Source of the DNA: a bacterium
GTDB taxonomy: Bacteria > UBA8248
Length of the DNA: 64,000 nucleotides
Assembly (NCBI GenBank): GCA_965207065.1
Contig: OZ242260.1
Location: forward strand, 2,368,001-2,432,000
Direction of reading: 5' to 3'
The notes under the pieces: model-generated
The model's input: the letters and a program-made list of their open reading frames with translations, nothing else
Told to the model about the DNA's origin: nothing
Databases searched by the model: none
Shown: positions 20,499 to 28,674 of the stretch, in pieces
Numbering within the stretch: the first letter of the stretch is position 1
Layout of the letters: each line of letters opens with the position of its first letter
Made by a program: the position numbers and the translations under genes

Positions 20499-21467
20499 CT
20501 ATTTTTTCTTGATGCCGACGGCCTTCATGATCTCCTTGGAAGTTTCGTGGTCCTGGCGGGCGAGTTTCTTCGCTCCCGCCCCGTCCACGAATTCCACCCG
20601 GAAGCCCGCCTTGTTCAGTTTCTTCACCACGGCCGGGTCGCCGGCCGTCTTCTGGAGGGCCGCGGAGAACTTGTCGAGAACCGCCTTGGGCGTTCCCTTC
20701 GGCGCCCAAAGACCGGCCCACAGACCGATGCTCGCCCGTCCGAGTCCCTTTTCCTTCAAGGTCGGAATCTTGGGGAACTTCGGGTCACGCGCATTGTCCG
20801 TGATGGCCAGTCCCACCAGTTTGCCCGCCCGCAGCAGCGCCTGCATCGCGCCGAATCCGCCCGCCGAGAAGTCCACGTGGCCGCCCAGGGCGGCGTTTCG
20901 CGCGGGGCCGGAACCCTTGTAGTGCACCGGCGTGGCTTTCAGGCCCCGTATGGCGAGAACCGCCGCCATGGTGAGATACGGCGCGGTCGGCGCCCCGCTC
21001 GTGCCGTAGTTCAGCTTTCCGGGATTTTTCTTGATGTAGGCGAGCAGGCCGTCGAGGTCTTTCCAGCGCTTGTCGGGCTTGGAAACGATGCCCGTCGCGC
21101 CGAAGGCGTACGCGCCGATGTACTCGTAGTCATCCAGCCCGAAGGACAGCGTGCGCAGGGCCGTTCCCACGGTGAGGGGCGCGGACATGGTGGAGAGTAT
21201 GGTGTAGCCGTCCGGTTTGGCCTTCTTGACGTAGTTGTAGGCGATGGCGCCGCCTGCGCCGGGCTTGTTGACGAGCTGGATCGCCCCACCGAAATTTTTC
21301 TGGAGCGCGGGATGGATGATGCGGATCGTGGTGTCTCCCGGCCCTCCCGGCGGGAAGGAGATGATGAATTGTACGGGGTAGCTTGGGTAGTTCGCCGAAT
21401 GCGCGCTTTGCAGGGGCAGGCAGACAAGCGCGACGACGAACAGGAGAAACAGGGAACGACGAGGCAT
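20499..21467 (-). CDS. tctC: Tripartite tricarboxylate transporter substrate-binding protein (TctC/Bug)
   Basis: Signal peptide; FPPGGPGD, NKPGAGGAIA, PDGYTI, VHYKGSG. Confidence 0.92.
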   Translation of the reverse strand: MPRRSLFLLFVVALVCLPLQSAHSANYPSYPVQFIISFPPGGPGDTTIRIIHPALQKNFGGAIQLVNKPGAGGAIAYNYVKKAKPDGYTILSTMSAPLTVGTALRTLSFGLDDYEYIGAYAFGATGIVSKPDKRWKDLDGLLAYIKKNPGKLNYGTSGAPTAPYLTMAAVLAIRGLKATPVHYKGSGPARNAALGGHVDFSAGGFGAMQALLRAGKLVGLAITDNARDPKFPKIPTLKEKGLGRASIGLWAGLWAPKGTPKAVLDKFSAALQKTAGDPAVVKKLNKAGFRVEFVDGAGAKKLARQDHETSKEIMKAVGIKKK

Positions 21468-21641
21468 GACGTTTTCCTCCATGCTGCAGGAAATGCGGGG
21501 AACCGCTCCGCCCCCGGCATATCTCCCGGCTCAGGATCGAAAAAACCTCTTCACATGCGGATTGTCTTTAGTTGTCGGGAGTATAACAAAACGGCGCGCC
21601 GCTCGCTATCGGGCGGAATCTGGGCCTTGCTTGGAGATCGT

Positions 21642-21767
21642 CGTCTTTCCGGCGAAAGCCGGAATCCAGGGATGTGTTTTTGTTTTTTGATTTTGGCGGT
21701 TTTGGAGGTCGGTTCGCGGTGTCGCCATTCCAGAAGGTTCTGGATTCCGGCATGCGCCGGAATGACG
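21642..21767. repeat. Inverted pair of GTC(A/T)TTCCGGCGAAAGCCGGAATCCA-type palindromic repeats
   Basis: Same family as 12841-12866/13051-13076. Confidence 0.8.
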
Positions 21768-21994
21768 GGGAATTGCTCTCCCCCAATCCCCCCCATATCC
21801 CCGCGCAGAATACCGATGCGCTCGGAGCCGAAAGGAAAGACCCGCTCTTCCGGGAACGGGAAAGGTCCGGCCCGGGGGAACGGATATCATTGCAAATGGC
21901 CAGGAAAAAGTTGATATTAGTCCTTTTGCAATTTTTTTAGTCCGGCCAGGGTGGCGAGGCGCGCATGCCGGCCGATAGCGGAAAGGAGTCCGAG

Positions 21995-22939
21995 ATGAAC
22001 GCTTCTTCGAATGATGGCAGGAAATGCCTGGCGTGGGCGGATTTCCCGGAAGGGTTCACCCCCTTCTTCCTCGACCCGACGGGGGCGCGGCTGGATGCGA
22101 AGGAGCTCTCTCCGGGGGTGTACGCGCTTCTCTCCTCCGTCCCCAACGTGGACAACGCCGGCTTCGTCGTGGGCGAAAGGGACGTGCTGGTGGTCGACGC
22201 CCACATCAACCCGGCCATGGGGCGCCAGATTCAGGAGCGGGTGCGCGAAGTGACCGACAAGCCGATCCGCTACCTCGTCAACTCCAACTACCACGGGGAC
22301 CACACTTTCGGGAACTGCGCGTTTCCGGCCGAGACGGTGGTCATCCAGCACCGCCGGACGGCGGACCTCGTTCCCTTTCACGAGGAAGAGCGGCGCTTCA
22401 TGCTGCCCTGCGTGGGAAACGACCCGAAGATTCTGGAGGAGGTGGAGTTGCGCAGCGCCGACGTCGTCTTCGACGACTACCTGCGGATCGACCTGGGGGG
22501 AAAGGTGGTGGAGTTGCACTATTTCGGCCCGGCGAACACCCCCGGCGACACCATCACCTACGTTCCCGAGGCGAAGGTCGCCTGGACGGGCAACATGACG
22601 GGCGGAAACCTCATCATTCCCCTGGAGAGCGACGCGCCGACCTATATGAACTCGATCGCGCGCCTTGCGCAGACCCTCGAGGTCGAAACCCTCATACCCG
22701 CCCACAACCCCATGTCGGGGCCGGAGCTCCTGGGCGGTTACATGCAGTACCTGAGCGACGTGACCCAGGCCGTGCGGGGGGCCGTCGGCGCCGGATGGAC
22801 GCTCGCCGAGGCGATGGAGCGAATCCCGCTCGACCTCGACAGGCCCTACGCCCCGCCTGCGGATCACCCGCGGTTCGATTTCTTCCAGGACCTGCACAGC
22901 TACGCCGTGATGAAGACCTACCAGTCCCTTTCGGGATGA
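21995..22939 (+). CDS. MBL-fold protein (cyclase-like subgroup) with atypical metal motif
   Basis: DNAGFVVG..VLVVDA, NSNYHGDHTFGN, GPANTPGD, LIPAH; SD AAGGAG. Confidence 0.8.
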   Translation: MNASSNDGRKCLAWADFPEGFTPFFLDPTGARLDAKELSPGVYALLSSVPNVDNAGFVVGERDVLVVDAHINPAMGRQIQERVREVTDKPIRYLVNSNYHGDHTFGNCAFPAETVVIQHRRTADLVPFHEEERRFMLPCVGNDPKILEEVELRSADVVFDDYLRIDLGGKVVELHYFGPANTPGDTITYVPEAKVAWTGNMTGGNLIIPLESDAPTYMNSIARLAQTLEVETLIPAHNPMSGPELLGGYMQYLSDVTQAVRGAVGAGWTLAEAMERIPLDLDRPYAPPADHPRFDFFQDLHSYAVMKTYQSLSG

Positions 22940-23043
22940 CGGGCGACCGCGCCTTGCTTCGCGATTGCCGTTATTCCGGCATACGACGGAAATAAGAAAT
23001 CACTCCCCCTTGAGGGAGTTGTTGAGAAATTTTTTGAAGAGAG

Positions 23044-23189
23044 CAACCCCCTCTACCCCCCCTTGTCAGGGGTCAAACGCGAGTGAGGAACGAGCGTTTG
23101 CATGAGCCATTGGCGGGAAACGCATCGGCTTGCAATTCCTCCCTCCTCGGTCGGAATTGACCCCTGACAAGGGGGGGTAGGGGGGGTTG
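23044..23189. repeat. 33-bp inverted repeat element
   Basis: CAACCCCCTCTACCCCCCCTTGTCAGGGGTCAA (23044-23076) and its reverse complement (23157-23189); partial copy near 24290-24316. Confidence 0.8.
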
Positions 23190-23288
23190 GTTTTCAGGGG
23201 GGAGCTGTATTCAGACGTCCCTCGATACGGCCCTTGAGGGCCTACTCGGGATGAGGGTGTTTTTGATTACCTCATCCTGAGTAGCTCC

Positions 23289-23732
23289 CTATCCCGCTCC
23301 CAGATACGCGCTGAGATTCTCCAGGCACTCGTCCCAGCCTCCCTGGTGCTCGTCGCGCATGTTCTCGTCCGGGAATCCCTCGTGTGTAAGTACGACGGCG
23401 GTCTCATCACCCTCATCAAAAAAATCGATGCTCACCCGGGTTTCGGGGTAATCCCAATCGCCCCGTTCCCAGCGGAAGGTGAATACGAGCCGCTCGGGCG
23501 GCCTGATTTCGACGAATTCCCCGTTGAGATAAAAAGACTCATCCTCATCCGTCCGCATCTCGACGCGGTATTTCCCGCCGATTCTCAAATCCATCTCGGC
23601 GCTGGGCACGGTGTGGCCCTCCGTTCCCCACCATTGCTTTAGGGCGTCCGCCTGCGTCCAAGCGGCGAATACTCTCTCCCTGGGCGCCTGGAAGGTTCGT
23701 TTGATGAGAAGGGTCATTTTTGTTTCGATCAT
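23289..23732 (-). CDS. SRPBCC/Aha1-like domain protein
   Basis: RTFQAPRERVFAAWT, DLRIGGKYR, PPERLVFTF, GW..CLENL. Confidence 0.9.
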   Translation of the reverse strand: MIETKMTLLIKRTFQAPRERVFAAWTQADALKQWWGTEGHTVPSAEMDLRIGGKYRVEMRTDEDESFYLNGEFVEIRPPERLVFTFRWERGDWDYPETRVSIDFFDEGDETAVVLTHEGFPDENMRDEHQGGWDECLENLSAYLGAG

Positions 23733-24070
23733 TTCGAAGTCTCCGTGTCAGTTGTTTCATCGAGATAGCGGGCGAGGGCGTCGAATCCCTCCTCCCAGAA
23801 CCGCTGGTGGAAATCGAGCCATTCGGACGCTTCCTTCATCGCTCCGGCCTTGAGGCTCAGGCGGTGGACGCGGCCTCTCTTTTCCCTGCGGATCAGGCCG
23901 GCGCGCTCCAGCACGCGCAGGTGTTTCGAGATCGCCGGCAGTGAAATATCGAATGGCGCGGCGAGGCTGGTGACCGTGGCCTCTCCCCGCGAGAGGCGCG
24001 ACAGCATGGCCCGCCTCGTGGGGTCGGAAAGCGCGGAAAAAGTGGCGTCGAGTCCGGCTCCTGCTTTCAT
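23729..24070 (-). CDS. ArsR/SmtB-family transcriptional regulator
   Basis: FSALSDPTRRAML, ISLPAISKHLRVLERAGLI...RGR. Confidence 0.92.
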   Translation of the reverse strand: MKAGAGLDATFSALSDPTRRAMLSRLSRGEATVTSLAAPFDISLPAISKHLRVLERAGLIRREKRGRVHRLSLKAGAMKEASEWLDFHQRFWEEGFDALARYLDETTDTETSK

Positions 24071-24159
24071 GGGTTACAACGTCTCCTTCCTCGGGGTTGG
24101 CGGTAGGGGCCGTATGTGGGGTTGCCCTGAAAGGCGCGCAGGGGGAAGTAGAGGGGTGT

Positions 24160-24277
24160 GTAGGGGTCGCATATATGCGACCCTTCCCGGCCGGAATGCA
24201 GGGCGTCCGTATCTCCCGCGGTCGACGGCCCGGCCTTTATCGGCACAAAGGCCGGGCCGCATATATGCGGCCCCTAC
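24160..24277. repeat. REPIN-like inverted doublet of GTAG REPs
   Basis: GTAGGGGTCGCATATATGCGACCC...GGGCCGCATATATGCGGCCCCTAC. Confidence 0.8.
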
Positions 24278-24345
24278 ACAAACCGAAGACCCCCCGACCC
24301 CTCTTGTCAGGGGGGCTTTTCTACACCTCCTCTGCCTCTGCCCCC

Positions 24346-24864
24346 CTAAAACGCCCAGCCGAACCCGCTAATATGTCCCCGGAGGTAGCAGATCTGCCCG
24401 CAATGCTGGTGGTAGTCGGAGGCCACTCTCCCCAGGTATTCTCCCGTCTTGGCGGCGTTGCCCCCGATGTCCGTCATTTCCTTTTCGAGGTCCTCCGCCG
24501 AAAGTGATTCCAGCACAGACGTCGTGCGTTCCCGTACGGCGTTGGCGTAGCCGATCAGGTCTTGTTTCGTGAATTTGAGGCCCATCACCTGCTCGAGAGA
24601 ATCGCCGAATCCGATCTGTTTCGGCTCGGGCGCCATGTCGAATTTCTCGTGCCATTTCCCGGCGGTCCAGACCTGCTCCTCACCGGCCACCGCCGCCAAG
24701 GCGCAATCCTCGACCCTCGTCTTGTGCCACATCAGCCAGCCGATGGGGTTGTCCTGGTCGCTGGGACGTTTCTTGAGGTCCGCATCATCGAGGCCCTTCA
24801 GCGCCCGTTTCACGAGTCCGTCGCTCATCTCGAAGGTGAAGGCGATCATTTGCGCTCCGTTCAT
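24346..24864 (-). CDS. DinB-family protein
   Basis: NPIGWLMWH and HQHCGQICYLRG motifs. Confidence 0.85.
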   Translation of the reverse strand: MNGAQMIAFTFEMSDGLVKRALKGLDDADLKKRPSDQDNPIGWLMWHKTRVEDCALAAVAGEEQVWTAGKWHEKFDMAPEPKQIGFGDSLEQVMGLKFTKQDLIGYANAVRERTTSVLESLSAEDLEKEMTDIGGNAAKTGEYLGRVASDYHQHCGQICYLRGHISGFGWAF

Positions 24865-24955
24865 GGAAAGCTCCTGTCGTTGAGTAATGCGTGAAATAAT
24901 TTATTGAATGACCATTTGGTTCGCTTTATGTCTCCCGGATACTGATGTCAGCTTG

Positions 24956-25366
24956 TCAGATGAATTTCTCTTCACGGTGGATGAAGCCGATGCAAAGGCC
25001 GAAGACGCCGAATTGCAGAGCGAGATAGAGCGTTTCCATAAAGACAAACGCAGACGCGCCCGGCACTTCCTGCTTGGCGACGAAGGCGAGCACGTGGGAA
25101 GTCCAGAAGAAGGCGCCCGTGATGAGAGCGAACTTGACCCCTCGCTGGTAACTGCTTCCCCCGGCCTTCAGCATCGGAAACAGAGCGCAGAGCAGAACCC
25201 CCTGAAGCACGATGGTGAGCAAACCGAGGAGAAAGTTCGGCTCCCCCTCGAAGTAGCCGAACGATTCGTATCTCTCTTTGAAAAGCAACACATGCCAGCC
25301 CACGGCGAGCGAGAACGTGCAGATCGTGTAGGCGGCGGCGCCCGATATCAGCTTCTTTGCGTTCAT
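24956..25366 (-). CDS. Small four-TM membrane protein of unknown function
   Basis: Four hydrophobic segments; same strand as the dinB/arsR cluster. Confidence 0.7.
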   Translation of the reverse strand: MNAKKLISGAAAYTICTFSLAVGWHVLLFKERYESFGYFEGEPNFLLGLLTIVLQGVLLCALFPMLKAGGSSYQRGVKFALITGAFFWTSHVLAFVAKQEVPGASAFVFMETLYLALQFGVFGLCIGFIHREEKFI

Positions 25367-25544
25367 TATCACGCCCCCGCTGCCGTTTGCATGGGAGATG
25401 CCTCGTCCGCTTGAGAAGCGGCGGAAGGCGGCCTGCTCGCCGGCTGGTCTCCCGCAACGGTGGTTCGGCCCAGGATGCCGGAAATGATTCTTGCGCCGTT
25501 CATGGGAAGCTCCTGTGGTGAAGTTGTCATGAAATCATTTAATG

Positions 25545-25562
25545 ATTAACCATTTGGTTAAT
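25545..25562. promoter_or_regulatory. Palindromic operator, probably for the ArsR regulator
   Basis: ATTAACCATTTGGTTAAT; degenerate copy ATGACCATTTGGTTCG at 24908-24923. Confidence 0.6.
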
Positions 25563-25628
25563 TATATAGCTTTCCGTTCTTTCGGTCAACGTGCAGCCTG
25601 GCCTGTATTTGCGATTGTTCGCCTGGTC

Positions 25629-25764
25629 GGGGTTGTTGAAAAAGTCCCCCAAAGTGGCTGTTGTCCCCTCAAAACGAGAGTATTCGCCGGAATGACGACG
25701 GTGATCGATTCCGCCCGATTAGGAAGAAATCGATTGAGCGAGAAGGGGGTGTTCCAACAACCCG
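25629..25764. mobile_element. Shorter relative of the 12801-13128 MITE
   Basis: GGGGTTGTTGAAAAA...TTCCAACAACCC ends; internal TTCGCCGGAATGACG remnant. Confidence 0.6.
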
Positions 25765-25842
25765 CCTTGTCGGGGAGCGGGTTATGGGCCATGCTTGCGT
25801 GGCGTTCGCCTCGCCGCCCGAGGACCGAGACGGGTTGAGTTC

Positions 25843-26556
25843 ATGAAATCGTTTCTCTTGCGGCCCCTGGCCTGGATGGTCGCGGCCCTGTTGCTGCCCG
25901 CCTGCTGGGGGGCGGCGCTTTCTTTCGGCAAGACTCTCCCGGCCGCTTTTTTCGCAAGCGGCGGCTCGTATCTGCTTGCGCCCGAGGGCTGGGCGTTCAT
26001 TATCGGAGCCTGCGCATACGCCGTCTGGCATCGTCTGGCGCCGCCCGAGTTTCTCTACGCCTTCGTGCACGAGTGCACGCACCTGGCCTTCGCCCTGCTC
26101 ACGGGCAAGAAGGTGAGTTCCTTTGAAGTCAATCAGGGGAGCGGCAAGGTGGGCTTGAGCGGTACGAACACCCTCATCACCCTGGCGCCCTATTTCTTCC
26201 CGCTGCCCACGGTCGCCGTCCTGATTCTGGGCGCGCTGTTGGGCTGGGCTTTCGGATACCCGCAGATCGGCTGGGCGGCGGCGTTTTTCTCAGGGTTAAC
26301 GCTGTGCCTGCACGTGCTCATGACGCTGCGCGCGCTCGGCGCGTCACAGCCCGACATCGCCCGCGGCGGGCGGGTTTTCTCCTGGGCCTTTATTTTTTTC
26401 TTCGGACTTGTCTTTATCGGCGGCGCTGCGCTCGTCTCGGCGGGAGGTTGGGGGGTGGCGGCTTTATACGGCTTGTCGATCTGGCGCGAAAGCCTGGATG
26501 CGTATGCGCTTCTGTTCGGCCTGGTGGAGTATATCGCATGGAGTATCGGCTCTTGA
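25843..26556 (+). CDS. M50-like membrane metallopeptidase
   Basis: FVHECTH in a hydrophobic segment, LITLAPYFFP, later QPD. Confidence 0.65.
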   Translation: MKSFLLRPLAWMVAALLLPACWGAALSFGKTLPAAFFASGGSYLLAPEGWAFIIGACAYAVWHRLAPPEFLYAFVHECTHLAFALLTGKKVSSFEVNQGSGKVGLSGTNTLITLAPYFFPLPTVAVLILGALLGWAFGYPQIGWAAAFFSGLTLCLHVLMTLRALGASQPDIARGGRVFSWAFIFFFGLVFIGGAALVSAGGWGVAALYGLSIWRESLDAYALLFGLVEYIAWSIGS

Positions 26557-26561
26557 AACGC

Positions 26562-27167
26562 ATGGTTTTCGCATCACGGTTTCGCTCTTGGTTGGTCATT
26601 TTCCTCCTGCTGTTACCGGGCTGCGCCTATGAGATATCGACGATACAGGGCGTCGCGAAGCCGGAGAAAATACAGACTATTGAGCGAATCTCCGTCGCTC
26701 CGTTTCGCTACCCGAGCGACTGGACGGGGCTTTTCCGCGACGTCTACGCGCAGGCTGGGCTGAAGGCGCCCGATGTGAGGAAAATCGAGATGATAGAGGG
26801 CGCCTTCCTGATTCGCGACGCCTTGAGCGCCAAAGGCTATCTGGCGCTTCGCTGGCCGGAGGAACTCGAAAAGAAAGAGGCGGATGATCTGCTGAACGCG
26901 AGTGGCGAAATCGCAGGCGTTCATCTGGCGGCGCTCAAGAGTTCGGGCGCACAGGCGGTCGTTTTGGCGAAAGGCGGGCGGACCTGCGAAAACGTCGAAG
27001 TGTGCATGGGCAGGGTGGAGATACGGCTGATAGTCCTGGGTTCTCAGGAGACGTTGTGGGAATCGCAAGCCGCTGCGACGACGGCGTTCTCCCAGGGGGA
27101 TGAGATGAAAGCCGCCGTCGCCGAGGCGCTCGCCGCATTTCCCGATAAATCACCCGGTTCGAATTAA
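26562..27167 (+). CDS. Hypothetical lipoprotein
   Basis: Signal peptide with lipobox LLPGC. Confidence 0.65.
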   Translation: MVFASRFRSWLVIFLLLLPGCAYEISTIQGVAKPEKIQTIERISVAPFRYPSDWTGLFRDVYAQAGLKAPDVRKIEMIEGAFLIRDALSAKGYLALRWPEELEKKEADDLLNASGEIAGVHLAALKSSGAQAVVLAKGGRTCENVEVCMGRVEIRLIVLGSQETLWESQAAATTAFSQGDEMKAAVAEALAAFPDKSPGSN

Positions 27168-27204
27168 TCGTAGGTAGTTTTAAGTCGGAAAACGCTCCCC
27201 AGCC

Positions 27205-27249
27205 ATGACGAATTGTCGTTTTTTTGTGCGGCCTATGACAAAATGTCAT
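27205..27249. promoter_or_regulatory. Two palindromic upstream activator-like sites
   Basis: ATGACG-AAT-TGTCGT (27205-27219) and ATGACA-AAA-TGTCAT (27235-27249), about 90-135 bp upstream of the sigma54 start. Confidence 0.55.
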
Positions 27250-27312
27250 TTTGACCTATCGATAAAAATAGTATGTCATTGAAAAATAACGCGTTATTTA
27301 TGATGGAGAAAA

Positions 27313-27328
27313 TGGCACGGAGCTTGCA
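27313..27328 (+). promoter_or_regulatory. sigma54 (-24/-12) promoter
   Basis: TGGCACG-GAGC-TTGCA, matching consensus TGGCACG-N4-TTGCW. Confidence 0.8.
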
Positions 27329-27338
27329 TATTATATGA

Positions 27339-27491
27339 GTAGTGCTAATCGCGGCGTTCTTAGGCGGCACGCCCCGGTTGGTCGGCGAGAGGAGTAGCCG
27401 ATTGGGTCGGCGCTCCTCCGCCACGCAATCATACATCTCGCAACTACCCCCTGCGAGAGCCTCCTCCCGGAGACGGGAGGAGGTTTTTTTT
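27339..27491 (+). ncRNA. Putative sigma54-dependent small RNA (~150 nt)
   Basis: Lies between the sigma54 promoter and a strong terminator; several hairpins; no credible ORF within the transcript. Confidence 0.6.
27460..27491 (+). terminator. Intrinsic terminator
   Basis: CCTCCTCCCG-GAGA-CGGGAGGAGG plus T8. Confidence 0.85.
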
Positions 27492-27649
27492 GGGGCTCCT
27501 TCCTTTCGATCTGATTTCTCTGCACCCGGTTTTCAATTGCCCGGTGTTGGGTTATGGTGCGCCCTGCATGCAATCAGGCGAACTCTACTCAATAAAATTT
27601 TCAAGAAGATGCCGGGAACTCATCTATTCAGGAAATAAGGAGCAGAAAA

Positions 27650-28648
27650 ATGGCTACGGATAAGGTGCGCCTCGCCTCTATCGGGCTTGGCTGGTGGGGC
27701 GGCGTTCTGGTGGACGCCCTGAACCGCAGCGGTTCAGGCGAAGTTGTTTCGGGCTTCGCGCGCAGCGAGGATGCCAGAAAAGCGTTTTCGGAAAAACACG
27801 GCTGCCGGACCGCGGACAGCCTGGACGATCTATGGAACGACCCGGAGGTGGAAGGCGTCATCGTCGCGACGCCCCACTCCACGCATCTGGATATGATTTC
27901 TTCGGCCGCATCGGCAGGAAAACACGTGTTCGTCGAAAAACCGCTCACCCTGACGGTCGATGACGCGAAAAAGTCGGTCGAGGCGGCCAACGCAGCGAAC
28001 GTCACCCTGCAGGTCGGTCATCACCGCCGCCGCCAAGGCGCGAACCGCAAGATGCGCGAGATGATCGACAATGACGAACTCGGCGTTGTGCATCAGCTCG
28101 AAGCCAACCTCTCGCTTCCCATGGGTTTCGAAGCAAGAGACGGCTGGCGCAACGACCCCGCCGAATGCCCCGCAGGCTCGATGACGGGCCTGGGCGTCCA
28201 CATGATCGACAACCTGCAGTACCTGGCAGGCCCCGCGAAGCGGGTGGCCGCATTCAGCAAGCAGCTGCTCGGCAAGACGAATCTGGACGATGCGACGAGC
28301 ATCATCATCGAATACGAGAGCGGCCCGCTGGGCCATATCGGCAGTTGTTTCGTGGTTCCCAAAATCTGCGACACAGCGGCCTTCGGCACGAAGATGAGAG
28401 CCTACAGCGAGGAAGAGGGCGGCAAGCTCTACGTGGCCAAGGTGGGCGTAGATGCCCGGACGGAAGTCGAGGTCGAGGGCGGGGACGCCCTGGCGGATGA
28501 GATGGATGAGTTCTGCAAGTGCATCCGGGGCGAAGCGACGCCCGAAACCGGCGGGCCCGAGGGGCTCGAGGTCGTCGCCGTGCTCGAGGCGGTCGTGCAG
28601 AGCGCGACGACCGGCCAGGTGGTGGACGTGGCGGCCCTTCGCGGATAG
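27650..28648 (+). CDS. Gfo/Idh/MocA-family oxidoreductase
   Basis: IGLGWWG, VIVATPHSTH, GKHVFVEKP, LGVHMID. Confidence 0.92.
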   Translation: MATDKVRLASIGLGWWGGVLVDALNRSGSGEVVSGFARSEDARKAFSEKHGCRTADSLDDLWNDPEVEGVIVATPHSTHLDMISSAASAGKHVFVEKPLTLTVDDAKKSVEAANAANVTLQVGHHRRRQGANRKMREMIDNDELGVVHQLEANLSLPMGFEARDGWRNDPAECPAGSMTGLGVHMIDNLQYLAGPAKRVAAFSKQLLGKTNLDDATSIIIEYESGPLGHIGSCFVVPKICDTAAFGTKMRAYSEEEGGKLYVAKVGVDARTEVEVEGGDALADEMDEFCKCIRGEATPETGGPEGLEVVAVLEAVVQSATTGQVVDVAALRG

Positions 28649-28674
28649 CTTTTGGCATTTTTCTGGAGGAAACG

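Noticed and set aside
20346-22897. Long alternative-frame ORFs (e.g. 20346-21914 +, 21917-22897 -, also 35726-36979 +, 57803-59299 -)
   Set aside because: Antisense shadows of well-supported genes in GC-rich DNA with no recognisable motifs.
27303-27400. ilv-type leader peptide (MARSLHII*VVLIAAF) or ORF 27342-27638
   Set aside because: It has an in-frame TGA and its start lies within the sigma54 promoter; the longer ORF runs through a strong terminator and lacks an SD.
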